The translations under genes and the position numbers were made by a program. Shown piece after piece: positions 26,805-40,442 of a stretch of DNA of 64,000 bases (the first letter of the stretch is position 1; every line of letters begins with the position of its first letter). Under the pieces are notes generated by a model. It made no database searches. It had not been told where the DNA came from and saw only the letters and a list, made by a program, of their open reading frames with translations. The stretch comes from Octopus sinensis (taxonomy: Eukaryota): contig NC_043017.1 in assembly GCF_006345805.1 (NCBI RefSeq), forward strand, positions 34,038,001-34,102,000, in the 5' to 3' direction.

Positions 26805-26857
26805 TATCACTGACGAAGAGAGGGCTCTTAATAGCTAACTCTGAAATCGGTCCGATA
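26805..26857 (+). ncRNA. Decayed minimal type I hammerhead
   Basis: tatca-CTGACGA-agag...ctct-GAAA-tcgg-TC-cgata; two transitions from UAUCG/CGAUA stem I and a CCGG palindrome. Confidence 0.6.
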
Positions 26858-27210
26858 TGGTGATGGATTTTTTTAGAAATTTCTGTCGACCTTTTTTCGA
26901 GTAGCGTGCGTATTATGAAAACATTATATGGTTAATGGACAATATGTCCAATTTTTCGGCATATTTGGCATTGGAAATTTTTTCGTTTGCCCTCATTTAT
27001 GAATTATATATATATGTAGATGAATGAATTATCCTAGTATGGATAATTCGGTTAATCGATACCTGGGTAGCAAATTCACGTCAGTAAAACACGGTTGAAG
27101 TTACATGCCAAGGGCCGAACCCCGTGTTCGTGTGTGGAAATTTGTGTGTTTTTTATATGAATAAATGAAAAGAATGGAGTCGAACGAAGATTTTAACAAA
27201 ATTCCTTTAC

Positions 27211-27291
27211 TTTCGACATATGTTTCGAAGACTGCATACTCTTAATTCCGAAGGAATGAAGGTTGCATTATACCGTCTTCTCATCAGGAAA
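27211..27291 (-). ncRNA. Minimal type I hammerhead ribozyme (intact arm)
   Basis: tttc-CTGATGA-gaagac...gtcttc-GAAA-catatg-TC-gaaa: stem I 4 bp, stem II 6 bp, AUAU palindromic loop, GUC triplet. Confidence 0.85.
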
Positions 27292-27404
27292 TACAAGGAA
27301 CCTCTATCAGCCTCAAGACGAACAAAAGCTTCTTACTGTGGAAACCATGTAGGCAGACGGTAAGAAGCTTTTGTTCGTCTTGAGGCTGATTGAGGTTCCT
27401 TGTA

Positions 27405-27485
27405 TTTCCTGATGAGAAGACCGCATAATGCAACCTTCATTCCTTCGGAATTAAGAGTATGCAGTCTTCGAAACATATGTCTAAA
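27405..27485 (+). ncRNA. Minimal type I hammerhead, first stem I pair broken (GUC-taaa)
   Basis: Same motif as 27211-27291 but g>t after GUC. Confidence 0.75.
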
Positions 27486-27534
27486 GTAAAGGAATTTTGT
27501 TAAGATCTTCGTTCGACTCCATTCTTTTCATTTA

Positions 27535-27595
<61 letters not shown>

Positions 27596-27867
27596 GGGAG
27601 AAAAGACCATCTGACTTAGCAATTAAAGCAAAATAAACTTTTGCACAACTATAATGACATGCGCTTCAATGAGATAGCTTGACACATGCCATCACAGATT
27701 TTACTGACCCACACGTGTCCCCACCTGCGTAAAAAGATAGGCAGAAGACATGCAATACGTATGCATCTTTATGCAAAACACAATGTATCTACTTTGCACA
27801 TATTTCAATATCTATGAATATCGTAATCTACCATTATTTCTTTCATTTGATTATATAATGAATACCA

Positions 27868-28085
27868 AAGTGGCGAGCTAGCAGAATTGCTTGCACGCCG
27901 AGCAAAATTCTTAACAGCATTTCGCCAATTTTGACGTTCTGAATTCAAATTCCACTTTGGTCGAATTTGCGCGTTTCATGCTTTCAGGGGTCGATAAAAT
28001 AAGTACCAGTCGAACACTGGGATCAATGTACCCGACTTAGCCACTTCTCCGAAGCTACTGACCTTGTGTCAAAAGCTGAAACCAT
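27868..28085 (+). mobile_element. SINE family B, diverged
   Basis: gtggcgagctagcagaattgc...ggggtcgataaaataagtaccagt. Confidence 0.7.
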
Positions 28086-28719
28086 TTTTTATGAATGCAT
28101 TTGTATATACGCATATGTGTGTTGTCTCTTTCTGCGAATATATGCGTGATTTTGTCTGTATTTCATATAAATTTAGTGTCCAGAGCATTCAAATTATTCC
28201 TATAATTCATGCAAAAAATATTGAATTTAAATAAGCAATTACATAATTGATTCATACAAGTATCTAAAACAATTATTTTGTTTCACTTTCATGTTTAATC
28301 GTGTTTTATTTTTTATTTCATTACAGATGATGTATACCGTCTGGAAATTCGATCGACGCAATTGTTTTGTTTTTCTGGGATTATTCAGTACGGTATTATC
28401 TTTACATTTATAAATTATTCATTGAAGAACTACAAAACAATTATATAGTTACCACGAAGGTCTATTATAGATATGTACTATGCAGTTATGCAGATGCTGG
28501 GGTCTTGGGGTATTTTAGGTGTTTGTCATTATTTGATGTGGCTTTCATTTTTTTTTTTCTACAATATCTCAGCTGTTGCTGGTTGTGTATATCTATGGCC
28601 CCTGGCACAAATTCTGACGCAGACAATTCATAGCTGAATACCATGCATAATATAGGGCAGGCCATAGTGGTCATTAAAACAAACAGTAGAAATGGTGTTT
28701 GGGGTTCATAAACGGATTG

Positions 28720-28945
28720 CGTGTGCCTGTGTGTATCTGTGTATCTTTTTCTGTGTTTCGCCTTAAGCAACGCTTCACAACTGCTGCTGGTTTGGTTACA
28801 TACCGGTAACGAAGCGGTTCGGCAAAATAGACCGATAGAATAAGTACCCAGCTCTAAAAAAATCTGGGGTCGATTCGTTTGACTAAAGATTCTTTAAAAC
28901 GGTACCCCAGCATGACTGCAGTATAATAACTGAAACAAGTAAAAT
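28720..28945 (+). mobile_element. SINE family A, diverged 3' half
   Basis: gcggttcggcaaaatagaccgatagaataagtacc...actgaaacaagtaaaa. Confidence 0.7.
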
Positions 28946-29929
28946 ATAATATATAATACATACATACATACATAAATACATACATGCATACATATATACA
29001 TACATAAATACATACATACATACATACATACATACATACATACATACATACATACATACATACATACATACATACACACATACAGTCCTTGTTTCGTATA
29101 CATTCGATCCTTTTTCCAAGAAATCTAATGCTCGTAGCTTAGTTTTTCCTTGGGGCTGGCCAGATTGGAGTAATCTCAAGATTAATCAGACGAAATTGCG
29201 AGGATGATCCGGTTCTTGACTGAAGATTAAAGGCTTAGAATGACCCGTCCGTGTTTTTTGTATCGTCTATTTGGATGTTTTGCGTTTTTGTCCCATTTTG
29301 TATTTATACATATATATACGTATATATATATATAGCAGCGTACGTACACTTTGTTCTCCTATTCGTAAGTACATACTACATACATACATACATACATACA
29401 TACATACATACATACATACATACATACATACATACGACAGACCTTCACGCAATTGACGTGGTCTGCCTCACACACAACTTGTTTACCAGCCGTGCTGGTA
29501 CCAATACGTTTTCCTTCTTTTTATTCGTCACATTCGAGTGCGACAGATCGTGTTTTTTAGGATTGTGTCTTATTAATTGTAGTGATATTTTTTTTAATAT
29601 GTATCACTGTGTTAAGCGGGAGTATGATTTATCAAAAGCTCTTAAAAGGGAAGAGTATCCTCCGACAAATAAACTCTCCTTCTTACAAGATTAGAAGGTT
29701 TATTAATAGTGTTTGCAATCATTGTGATTCGAAGCGTGACGTTTTGTCTTATTTATAATATATCATGATTTGTTATGGACAGATTGCATGCTCAAACAGA
29801 GGTGAAATAATGTCATGGTAAAACTGTGATACTGTATACACCATGAGTTTGCTTAATACCAGTGCATTGTATTGTAATGGGTTTGTTCCTTTTGGGGGAT
29901 CAGGGGTAGGTGACAGAAATACACCGAAT

Positions 29930-30130
29930 ATCTTCGGTGGCAGAATCGTTAGCGCACTGGACGAAATGCTTTCCCCCGTCGCTACGTTCTGAGTTCAAAT
30001 TCCACCGAGGTCGACTTTGCCTTTCATCCTTTCGGTTTCGATAAAATAAGTACCAGTTTAACACTAGAGTCGATGTAATTGACAAGTATCTTCCCCAAAA
30101 TTTCAGCCCTTGTGACAAAATTTGAAACCA
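29930..30130 (+). mobile_element. SINE family B, diverged
   Basis: ggcagaatcgttagcgc...gaggtcgactttgcctttcatcctttcgg. Confidence 0.75.
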
Positions 30131-30687
30131 TTTACTGCTAAGTTAAACGCTAGCATTCCAATATTGCTTATCAATATGATATTTAACTGTTATTCAAATA
30201 AACATATTTCTAATATATGTATTATGGCGGGATATTGTGGAATATGTTTTACGTCTGATTATGGATAATTTCTTCATTCCTCAGCTAGCACAGAGAATTA
30301 AGAACTAAGAATTAAGTTATAGAATTAGAATAACTAACGTTAAAACAATATGTCTTTTGCTGCCAACCGAATGAAATTTAACAAGAACATTATTATAATA
30401 TAGATTTCCAACTTTTGCACAAGGCCACCAATTTATGGCCAGCTCGCTGCCTAAAACGTGGCAGTTAATGGCCAATATAAAAGCGCAAATCGAAGTAATT
30501 GCGACTATGGTGCATCGACCGTTAAGCATGTTTATTTCACAAAAGATCTGAAACGTAGCAAAACGCTATCGTCTTACAAAGGATAACAAAATTAGTCTAG
30601 CGTTTTTAGTCTGTTAAAAGATTTTTTTTCCGGAAGTGTGTTTAAGAAATTGTTTACAGGTGTCGAATAAATATATATAAATATATA

Positions 30688-30945
30688 GGCGTAGGAGTGG
30701 CTGTGTGGTTGGTAATAGCTTGCTTACGATCCACATTGTTCCAGGTTCAGTCCCACTGCGTGGTAACTTGGGCAAGTGTCTTCTACTAGTCGACTACTGG
30801 CGCTTATTTCATCGACCCCGAAAGGATGAAAGCCAAAGTCGACCTCGGCCGAATTTAGACTCAGAACGTGAGTATGGACAAAATACTGCTAAACATTTCG
30901 CCCGGCCTACTAACGATGATTCTGCCAACTCGCCGCCTTATATTA
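30688..30945. mobile_element. Family-A head (+) abutting a family-B fragment (-)
   Basis: ggcgtaggagtggctgtgtgg...ttctactag followed by tcgaccccgaaaggatgaaagccaaagtcgacctcgg...ctcgccgcc. Confidence 0.75.
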
Positions 30946-32425
30946 TCATAATATTCACGAAATGTTGGACAAACATGTAAATAGAAAACCCTACCAGTGA
31001 AGGTCATCTTCTCCTACATGTGGAATTGGAGATCAACTTCCAGTTATAAATATTCAGTAATATTTATGATAAAAAGAAAAAAAGTTGAAGTCATGTTCGT
31101 AATTGGCACACGTATGATGCATTTTGCATAACCCACACGAGATCTAAGTTGAATTTATATTTTCTAAATTTCCCCATCATATTTTAAGAGTGTAAGAGAA
31201 TCTAGCATAAGTAGGAATATTTCAAATTTGAGGGAACAAAAGAAGAAACGATTGCAAAAAAGGGAGAGACATGGAGATGGAAGCGAGCGAGATTATTGTG
31301 GGACTTTATGCATCAAGTGAAGGTTACATTAAGATATGTCAAATTTTTGTTAAGTTTTTTGCTATTGAGAGATTCTCCTGTTATTTCCTGACCGAGCCGC
31401 TACATGTGTTATAATCAGTTAAGCTGAAAAAGGAGATTACTTCTGGGAGATATGCTGAACATTGTTATGGATATGAGGGATAGACTCTATAATGCAATCA
31501 CCTCCCACGCTTGTCTTCGCCTTTAACAGCCCGTTATGTATCTTAAATGTGGTGGCATAAAATGTGCTTTATACTTAAAGTTGTCAATCCTTTATGCGAA
31601 TCTTTTTTTTATGTCGAGCTCGATTTAAGGATAATGTGGAAATAGAAAAGCATGCTTATCGGGCAGAAAGTAGTGAAACTTATATGGCGTTTATGGAATA
31701 AATCATGGAGCAGAGCAATTTTGATGTGGAATGATCGATGGAACGTGTAGATTATATCTTGCTCTCTGAAATTAAAATGCGGATCATTATTATATGGCCA
31801 GTAGAATTCCAAAACATGAGAGTAGATAATATACTTGTCAGTTTAAGAACAATAAAGTTGAGTAATATTTGGCTGATATTTAACTATTTCTAAGGTGTTG
31901 GTCAGCTGGTTTAGGCAAAGCAATTTCAGTTCATCAATGATGCTATGTCATTTGCGTAAAATTCAAAACAAAGCAAATTTGCTCCATTTCCAATGTTTAA
32001 TTTTGCTCTAAGCACAGACCTCGTTTTCATAGTTGGAGAAGTCTCTATTTGCATAAATTAATTCCTGATCGACCAAACAAGAATAATTCTATAGTGTCAC
32101 ATTGGTCAATGGAGCAAACCAAAATCACTGTCAAATTATATCCAATCGTTGTGAAACAAAAACTTTTATTTTGCCTTTTGAGGTATAATTCTCAGTCGGC
32201 GAACTTCAATGAAATCAAATTTGTTACACAACACTCGCCTTTTATAACTAGGGAACAGAACAAGTTGCTAAAATTATTAGAGTATATATGTACAAATGAG
32301 ATCATAGATGAAGCATTTCTTTCAAGTGATTTAATCACGAATACACACTTCCGTGTATATTCAGCCTCAGACATATTAAAAGGGTGTTGTATCGTTGAAG
32401 CCACAACTCCATTCTTCGGGTATAT

Positions 32426-32848
32426 ACTCTTTACTCTTTTTACTCTTTTACTTGTTTCAGTCATTTGACTGCGGCCATGCTGGAGCACCGCCTTTAGTCG
32501 GGCAAATCGACCCCGGGACTTATTCTTTGTAAGCCCAGTACTTATTCTATCGTTCTCTTTTGCCGAACCGCTAAGTGACGGGGACATTAACACACCAGCA
32601 TCGGTTGTCAAGCAATGCTAGGGGGACAAACACATACACACACAAACATATACACACACTTATATATATATATATATACATATATACGACAGGCTTCTTT
32701 CAGTTTCCGTCTACCAAATCCACTCACAAGGCATTGGTCGGCCCGGGGCTATAGCAGAAGACACTTGCCCAAGATGCCACGCAGTGGGACTGAACCCAGA
32801 ACCATGTGGTTGTTAGCAAGCTACTTACCACACAGCCACTCCTGCGCC
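32426..32848 (-). mobile_element. SINE family A, full length
   Basis: Complete reverse-complement copy. Confidence 0.92.
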
Positions 32849-34224
32849 TATATATATATATTTAGGCACTTGATTTTATTTGAATACACAATAACCTTTT
32901 TCTGGTATTCTTTTAATAATTTCTGTTATGGAACAATGTCTTATTGACTTGTAGCCTGTTCACATCATGAACGTCACAACACAGCATTCTCTTGAACAAA
33001 ATCTACTTAACATCAATTGCTATCATTAAACAGGCAAGGTTTATTCATAATGTCATATCAGTATTTGAACTGAGTGTATTTTTGCCTCAACACTCATATT
33101 CGATTCAAGATGTTGCCTTTAGCACTTCGTTTATCAGCCAGATAAAAAGCAAGCATTTCTTTCAAGCAACATATTGTCTTTAAAGCCAAACGCTCAATTT
33201 CTTCTTTATGTTTGTATTGTTTGTAGCAATATTTGGACATTTTTATTTTTGTATCCTTTTTTTATTTTTCTCTTTCTCAAATTATCAATTCTCGCATATA
33301 TTAAATTTTGATCAGTTACAGAAATTTGCATTGAATAAACCTCAAAAAAACGATTCAAAAATTGTAGTTCATTTTGTGTTTATCATTCAAACCAAAAAGA
33401 AACAAATATTAAACAACGTTGTATTACAATGTGCATCGTTATCAAATGATGGAAAAAGATAAGATAAAAGGCAGGAAATTAAAATGCCAATACAGTTATT
33501 TGAAAATTTTCTTTTTAATTAAAAAATAAACAGATAAGAACAACTAAGCAAAAATATAATAAAATAAGTAAATTAAATATATCAGTAAACATATAAAGAG
33601 CAAGACATGACACATTATCGGAATGAGAGTTAAATAATATATTCTCCCTCAAAGTGAAACAAAATAAAAGTAAAAATGAGCAGAATGGTATGTTTCTAAA
33701 GCAATTGAATGTTCCTAAAGCCATAAACATCTCCAAACACTTTGGTTCGAAGAATATTCTGTATAAATATTTAATCACACATATATTTTCTTTTGTATTA
33801 AAAGAATTGCATTTGTTTAACAACTGAAACCCTTAACTGTGATCAACGTATTTAGCTGGAAATATTATAAGAAATAGATCTGCATAGGAACAAGAGAACG
33901 TACCACAGAAGGCTAGGTCAGTATTCATCAAAAATATACAGTACTTTCGCTATTTTCGATATGGAACTATATAAACCATTTTTTGACATACACGTAAGTA
34001 GAGGAGAATATTCAACAGCATTCATATTACTTCGGAGCACTTGCAATTTGCGCAAGATTCTGGGAGATTGGATTGGATTGCCCGTCTTCAGTCTACTTTG
34101 GGACGAAGTCTTCAGCATGTTCTCTCCACCAGAGAATGGTTTGAGACCATACTGGCTTGATGAGTCACACTGGCTAGACACGGCTTGGCAGAGGGATGCA
34201 GTTTTTATGCTCAATACCCAGGAG

Positions 34225-34385
34225 GGGTTAAGTAGATTACATCGACTCCAAGGTTCAACTGATACTTATTTTATTGACGGCGAATGGATAAAAGGTAAAG
34301 TCGACCTCGGCGGAATTTGAACTCAAAACTTAAAGACGGGCGAATTACCGTTAAGTATTTCACCCGGCGTACTAATGATTGTGCT
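34225..34385 (-). mobile_element. SINE family B, diverged fragment
   Basis: aaaggtaaagtcgacctcggcggaatttgaactc. Confidence 0.65.
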
Positions 34386-35487
34386 AGAAACATTTATAAG
34401 AAGCTAATCACAGACGGGATTTTCACTATTCAGTATCGATGTAATATGCTGAATCGCTTGATTGACCGTTTATCAAGATAATTTAAACGTTGGTGCTGAG
34501 TGATATAAATTGAATAAAACAAGTAGTTATGTTTTGAATCATTATGATTTCCGTGTACAACAAACCTCCTCGAAAACGCTCCAGATTTTGTAAAAGCTCG
34601 CACAATTGTTAGTGACTCGCATTGACACTGCATGCCTACGTAAGAATTCATGTAAATATCTGGAAAGCAGGTTTTCGACAAGTCTAACGATATAAGTGGG
34701 ATTATTCAAAGGATATTGTACGGCATCTCCCAAGATGAACTGCTCTGTTTCTGGTGGTTGGCTTCACAGACAACAAACTCACACCACTTGCCTACCATTG
34801 TTTCAGTTTGCTCCTTCGTCTGGTATTTATATCAGCTTTGTGCAGACACTATGAAAACTTTATTGTTTCCATGGCTTCTTTAAAGAAAACGTCTTTATAT
34901 CATATAAACTATTCCTTTTCTTAAAAAATTCCGTTTAACTACATTTTAGTCCCGGTCTATGCACCAGTACATCATAAAAAGTTATTCGCTTATACTTTAG
35001 TTGCATCGTCTTAGAGTTCTATGTTAATAATTTCGTCTTATTTTCTCTATGTTACTAAAATTAAAACCTGTTATTCGCCTGGATTCGTGGCAGTAGCAAT
35101 TATAACAATTAAAACAATTTACATTTTCAAGATTCACCCTTGAGTGATATTCAGTCGTTATTAATGTTTGTTGTTTTCTTTATTGTTTTCATAAAATGTC
35201 AATCGATTAATCCAACGGATTATATCGATTTTCAAATGTGACAATCCCTAATCAGATTTGAATGCTTATTGATTATGTGCCAACTGATTCTTACTGACAT
35301 ACGGAAAGCAATTATATCCCTCCAAAAGTTTATTTGTATGTCATGAACTCGGAACAAGTTTTACTAAGTTTTTCAGCTCTTGCGAAACTTTACGTTTGAC
35401 TCAGTCATTCATGTCGAAGACGGTGTTTTCTCCATATAGCGCTACGTCTTCACGTTAATATGTATATATATGGAGTATATGTATTCA

Positions 35488-35596
<109 letters not shown>

Positions 35597-35616
35597 ATAT
35601 ATATATAATATATATA

Positions 35617-36020
35617 CAGGAAGTGGCTGTGTGGTAAGTAGCTTGCTAACCAACCCCATGGTTCCGGGTTCAGTCCCCACTGCGTGGCACCTTGGACAGG
35701 TGTCTTCTATATAGCCTCGGGCCGACCAATGCCTTGTGAGTGGATTTGGTAGACGGAAACTGAAAGAAGCCTGTCGTATTATATATGTGTATATATATAT
35801 ATATGTATGTATGTGTGTCTTTGTTTGTCTCCCTAGCATTGCTTGACAACCGATGCTGGTGTGTTTACGTCCCCGTCACTTAGAGGTTCGGTAAAAGAGA
35901 CCGATAGAATAAGTATTAGGCTTACAAAGAATAAGTCCCGGGTCGATTTTCTCGACTAAAGGCGGTGCTCCAGCATGGCCGCAGTCAAATGACTGAAACA
36001 AGTAAAAGAGTAAAAGGGAG
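35617..36020 (+). mobile_element. SINE family A
   Basis: Head, body and tail present. Confidence 0.9.
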
Positions 36021-36049
36021 AGTATATATATATATATATATATACACAC

Positions 36050-36245
36050 ATTTCGTTTTTGGATTTGGTTTGCAAGATTCTTTATATGAGTTCGTGTGTT
36101 GAAGCGTATTCTGTTGTGTCTGGGGAGAGTTATTTTCTTTTTGTGCCTTATAATGTAACACACTCACCGGTAAAATTTCCACTTATTTTTTATTTTTATT
36201 TTTCTAAAATTTTCGTTGCGCCTTGCAACTTTCCAATAGTCTTCA
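36050..36245 (-). mobile_element. Short Penelope-like terminus with hammerhead-like scaffold (36204-36239); second copy at 46045-46280
   Basis: Shared gttgtgtctggggagagttattttc...ctaaaattttcgttg block; minus strand cta-TTGGAAA-gttgc(aaggc)gcaac-GAAA-at-TT-tag. Confidence 0.45.
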
Positions 36246-36299
36246 CTCTGTCTCTCTCTCTTTCTATATATATATATATATTATATATATATATATATA

Positions 36300-36560
36300 G
36301 CGCAGGCGTGGTTGTGTGGTAAGAAGCATGATTACCAACCACATGCGTAAAACCTTGGGCAAGGTCTTCTACTATAGCCATGAGCCAACCAAAGCCTTGT
36401 GAGTGGATTTAGTAGACGGAAACTGTAAGATGCCCGTCGTATATATATATAATATATATATATATATTATATATATAAATTTTTTTTTCTAGTTTCAGCT
36501 CAGAGCTGCGCCATGCTGATGCACCGCCGTTGTGGTATATATTATATATATATATATATA

Positions 36561-36605
<45 letters not shown>

Positions 36606-36840
36606 ATATATAATATATATAGTATATATATAATATACAATATATGTTGTTGTCTGTATTTGTCTCGCCACTATCGCTTGACAACCGATGTTGGTGTGTT
36701 TACGTCCCCGTAAACTAGCGGTTCGGCAAAGAAGAGACCGATAGAATAAGCTTACAAAGAATAAGTCCTGGAGTCGAATTGTTCGACTAAAGGCTGTGCT
36801 TCAGCATGGTCGCAGTCGAATGACTGAAGCAAATAAAAGA
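36300..36840 (+). mobile_element. SINE family A, diverged, with a foreign insert in its central microsatellite
   Basis: Head gcgcaggcgtggttgtgtggtaag; tail gactgaagcaaataaaaga. Confidence 0.8.
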
Positions 36841-36889
36841 ATGTGTGTGTGTGTGTGTGTGTGTGAGTATATGCACACCTTCACATATA

Positions 36890-37746
36890 TACGAGGGTGG
36901 GCCCAACAGAAACCAAAATTTTGCAACATCATTTTATTCCCTTAGATTTCCATGTTTACACTGTCATCGCCGTCAAAATATCCGCCATTTGAAGCAATAC
37001 ATCTGTCCCGGCGCGTTTTCCACAATTCCAAGCAGTCCTGGAACTCTTGATGTTTTAACATCTCCGTTGTGTTTTTCTTCACCTCTTCCACATCTGCAAA
37101 TTCCGTAGCACAAATTTCCATCACCAGTGATGACCTTAGACGAAAGGTCCGGATCAACTTCCAACTGTTCTTTCAGTTCACGATATGCATACAGTTGTAA
37201 CTGCTTTTTATCTTCTGTGAGCAAGCGAGGCACAAATTTTGCTACAACTCTTTTCATTCGCAATTCCTCACACGAAATTCCTTGGCAGGAGCTCAAGGAC
37301 ACACCTGTCATGTCAGCAAGTTCATCAATTTTTCGGTGACGATCCTTGAAGATTAGTTCATGAATCTTAATGATGTTTTCACTCGTTCGGGGGGGTCGAC
37401 GGTCGTCCTGAACGAGGTTGGTCTTCAAGCGATAAATGATCGTTCCCAAAGCCTGGAAACCACTCAGAAGCGCCGATTTTGTTCATGGGAGCTTCTTTGT
37501 AATCTGTTTGAAGCATGACAACTGTTTCGGTGACCGCTTTCCCCAGCTGCAAACAGAATTTCACGGAAGCAGGCTGTTCCTTCGTTTAAGCCATCGCAAA
37601 AATCGACGAACAGCGGAGAAGCACTACAACACATAGAGGCACCACGTACTGATGCCTGAGGGTTGCATCAAGTGGCTTCTAGCTGTGGAAGCCTGAACTA
37701 CAACGGGCTTATGCCACAGAGCATTACTTTTGGGTACCCTCTCATA
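36890..37746 (-). mobile_element. Mariner (Mos1/SETMAR-like) transposon, internally deleted and frameshifted
   Basis: TIR-like ends TACGAGGGTGGGCCCAA / TATGAGAGGGTACCCAA at TA; HTH MKFCLQLGK...EDQPRSGRPST, KFVPRLLT, VITGD, then a jump to the C-terminal CIASNGGYFDGD. Confidence 0.93.
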
Positions 37747-37876
37747 TATGTGTGTGTGTTTATTTATGTGTATATCGCTATATATGTACTATATTTACAT
37801 ATATACGTTACATGTATGTACTCATATACATTTACATATGTGTATACCTCTATATACATATACATACATATATATG

Positions 37877-40266
37877 TTCCGTATTTGCCGGCAGATTGGA
37901 CCCGCTTTTCTAATTTTTGAATGTATCAAAAAATTGCCCTGCATCTAATGCGGCCGTATTACAGATGTGAGACCGAGCGCCCTAGGCTAGAGAGTCGGAC
38001 GAGCATACTGGGTAAGTTCCCTGGGTATAAACATTGTTGCTAATAATTAAAACAAACCAAAATATTACTGTAAATTGTGCTACTAATAATAAAATATAGA
38101 AAACAAGCCGAATTATCACAGACTGTTATCACAGTCTTGTGAAATACTGCTTATGATACGTCGGTAGTTACATAACCCAGCATATATAACCCACTCCTGA
38201 TATATGTATTACATTATCTAATGACTGGTTTAGCTTTAGGATAGATTTGTTCATTATCTGAATGAAAAATGCTGCTAGAAACTTCAAAAGAATATTAGTA
38301 AACTTCCATCCGCCGGCAGCCATTTGCAATAATCAGATCAGATGATGCGTCGGAGGCTTTGCTTTTACAACAGCGCCCCCTTTCTGTTGTGTTCCTTTCT
38401 TGGTCATTCATTTATGTTTGACTCTTTTAGCCTTTTTATCTCTTATTTTCCACATTCTAGCCTGTCGCGGTAACACAAAACATCACATCCAGGAATACGA
38501 GTTTCACATTCCGTATAGCAATTCTCTTACCCGAAATATAAACTATGGGGCTGATCTAAGAGGAGGCCAGAGTTGGGGTACGGTTTTCCATAATTTATTT
38601 ACGGTAAATTTTGTACAAAGTCCAAACCCATGGAAAACAGAAAAAAATGCACCGTTATAACATTAAATTTAAACTAGATGTAGAATACGCAAAAGACCCT
38701 GGTAATAGGCAGCTGCTCGGTATTTTGGTCCACCAACAACCGAGAAAATGCTAAGGACTTGGAGGATACAAGAAGTGCAGTTGAAAGCTGCTAAACGTAG
38801 CAAGACTGCCTCCGCAGGTGTGTTGTAAAGTGGCATGAACTAAAATAATGAAAAACATGATTTTTGACTAAAGAAGATCGGGTTTTTCAGTATCCACTCT
38901 AATGAATATGTACCATTCAAAGCTTATAGCAATGGACAGAGATATCGATGATTTTAAAGGGTCATCACCATGGTATTCCAGATTTATGAAGAGAGAAATA
39001 ATCTCTGTATGAGGGCTAGGAGAAGAAAAGCACAAAAAATACCCCTGAATATGAAGAACAAATACTTAAGTTTCACAGGTAGCTCATTAATGCAAGGAAA
39101 GAAGCTAATTTCGAACTTCCACAGATAGCAAATATTGACGACGTCACTTTGGCATTTGATGTGCCACCAAAGAAGACGGTAGAACTCAAGGGTGATAAAA
39201 CTGTGGCTGTTAAAGTATGTGGCCATGAAAAGACACACTACACAGTTGTATCAGCATGCTGCACTGATGGTACAAAACTGTCACCTTAGTTAATTTTTAA
39301 AAGAAAGATTGCTTAAAGACAGGATACCCAATGGCATTTATACTCAAACTCTCCCAAAAGGTAGGCTTGATGAGAGAGGAATGAAAATGTGGTTTGATAA
39401 AATGTGGTCCTGGCGTCCTGGTGGGCTATTAAGGAAACTTGCCTTATTTGTTTGGGATCGGTTTCGGGCTCATAGAACTAAGCTTGTTAAGAGGAAACCT
39501 AAAGGAGTGAAGACCCAGATAGTTGTAATTCCAGGAGGCCTAACAAGGCAGTTACAGCATTTAGATGTTTCAAGCAGTAAACCATTTAAAAGATTCCTGC
39601 GGGGTGGGGGAGTAGATGCAGTCTTCAGATTTTTAAGTGACACTATCAGGAAGTAAGAAGAGGCCTATTATTATAGAGGTGTGTGTATGGGCAAAAGGTT
39701 CATGGAACGCTGTAAAAGAAGAAATAGTTGTGAAATCATGTTTTAAAAAATGTGGCATTAATAATGCCCTTGATGGTACTGAGGACGATTTATTGTTAGA
39801 AGATATTGATGACCCAGATTCTATTGCAGAGAATTCCACTGATGAAGAGAGTATCGATAATATGGATGGCAACAGCGAGAACGAATAACTGCAACTATCC
39901 ATAGAAATTCATCTCATTTATTGTACTTAGCTGATTGGTTTGCACCAGTTTTTAATCAGTATATTTGCTTTTTGTTTGATGCACCAGAATTTTTTTTTTT
40001 TTTTTTTGCTATGGCAAATTTAATTTAGTTTCTTTTAAAGGTGAGTGTAAAGCTACATATGATTTCATACTTTATTCCAGTATACTGTCGCAATATTGTA
40101 TTTCATCCACAGAATCATACAATTTCCCCTACAAAGACCAGTTTAAAATTTCTTTCAATAAGTGTATGATGGAACATACTAAAATTGTTTTTTCCAGCAA
40201 AATATCCCTGCAAAATAGAGATGCATCTCATGTGAAGGTACGTCCAATGCACCGGCAAATACAGTA
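37877..40266 (+). mobile_element. pogo/Tigger-type transposon, near full length, decayed
   Basis: Inverted ends ttccgtatttgccggcagattggac / gtccaatgcaccggcaaatacagta; transposase relic inside. Confidence 0.85.
38850..39895 (+). pseudogene. pogo-type transposase pseudogene (CENP-B HTH plus DDE_1)
   Basis: IANIDDVTLAFDVPPKKTV...GHEKTHYTVVSACCTDGTKL, LFVWDRFRAH, VIPGGLTRQLQHLDVSSSKPFK, KSCFKKCGINNALDG; multiple stops and frameshifts. Confidence 0.9.
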
Positions 40267-40275
40267 AACACACAA

Positions 40276-40334
<59 letters not shown>

Positions 40335-40407
40335 ATATGGCTGCGTGTTTGCCGTTGGCGATTTTTTTTCCTCTGTCTTCCCTTCTCTGGATCTTTCCTT
40401 CTCCTAT

Positions 40408-40442
40408 GTTGCCGACGAAGAGCTCCGCTCGAAACGTTTAAC
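40408..40442 (+). ncRNA. Minimal hammerhead-like motif (CCGACGA core, extra A) in a short Penelope-like terminus (about 40340-40535)
   Basis: gttg-CCGACGA-a-gagc(tcc)gctc-GAAA-cg-TT-taac; same element as about 48000-48210. Confidence 0.55.

Larger units (their letters stand above)
27154..27543. repeat. Fold-back palindrome, about 185 bp arms, about 17-23 nt spacer
   Basis: 27154-27339 is the reverse complement of 27357-27543 with few mismatches; right end runs into (TA)n. Confidence 0.95.

Noticed and set aside
28327-28459. Strong acceptor followed by MMYTVWKFDRRNCFVFLGLFSTVLSLHL
   Set aside because: In-frame stop and weak donor; would need a 2 bp indel to stay open; no partner exons found.
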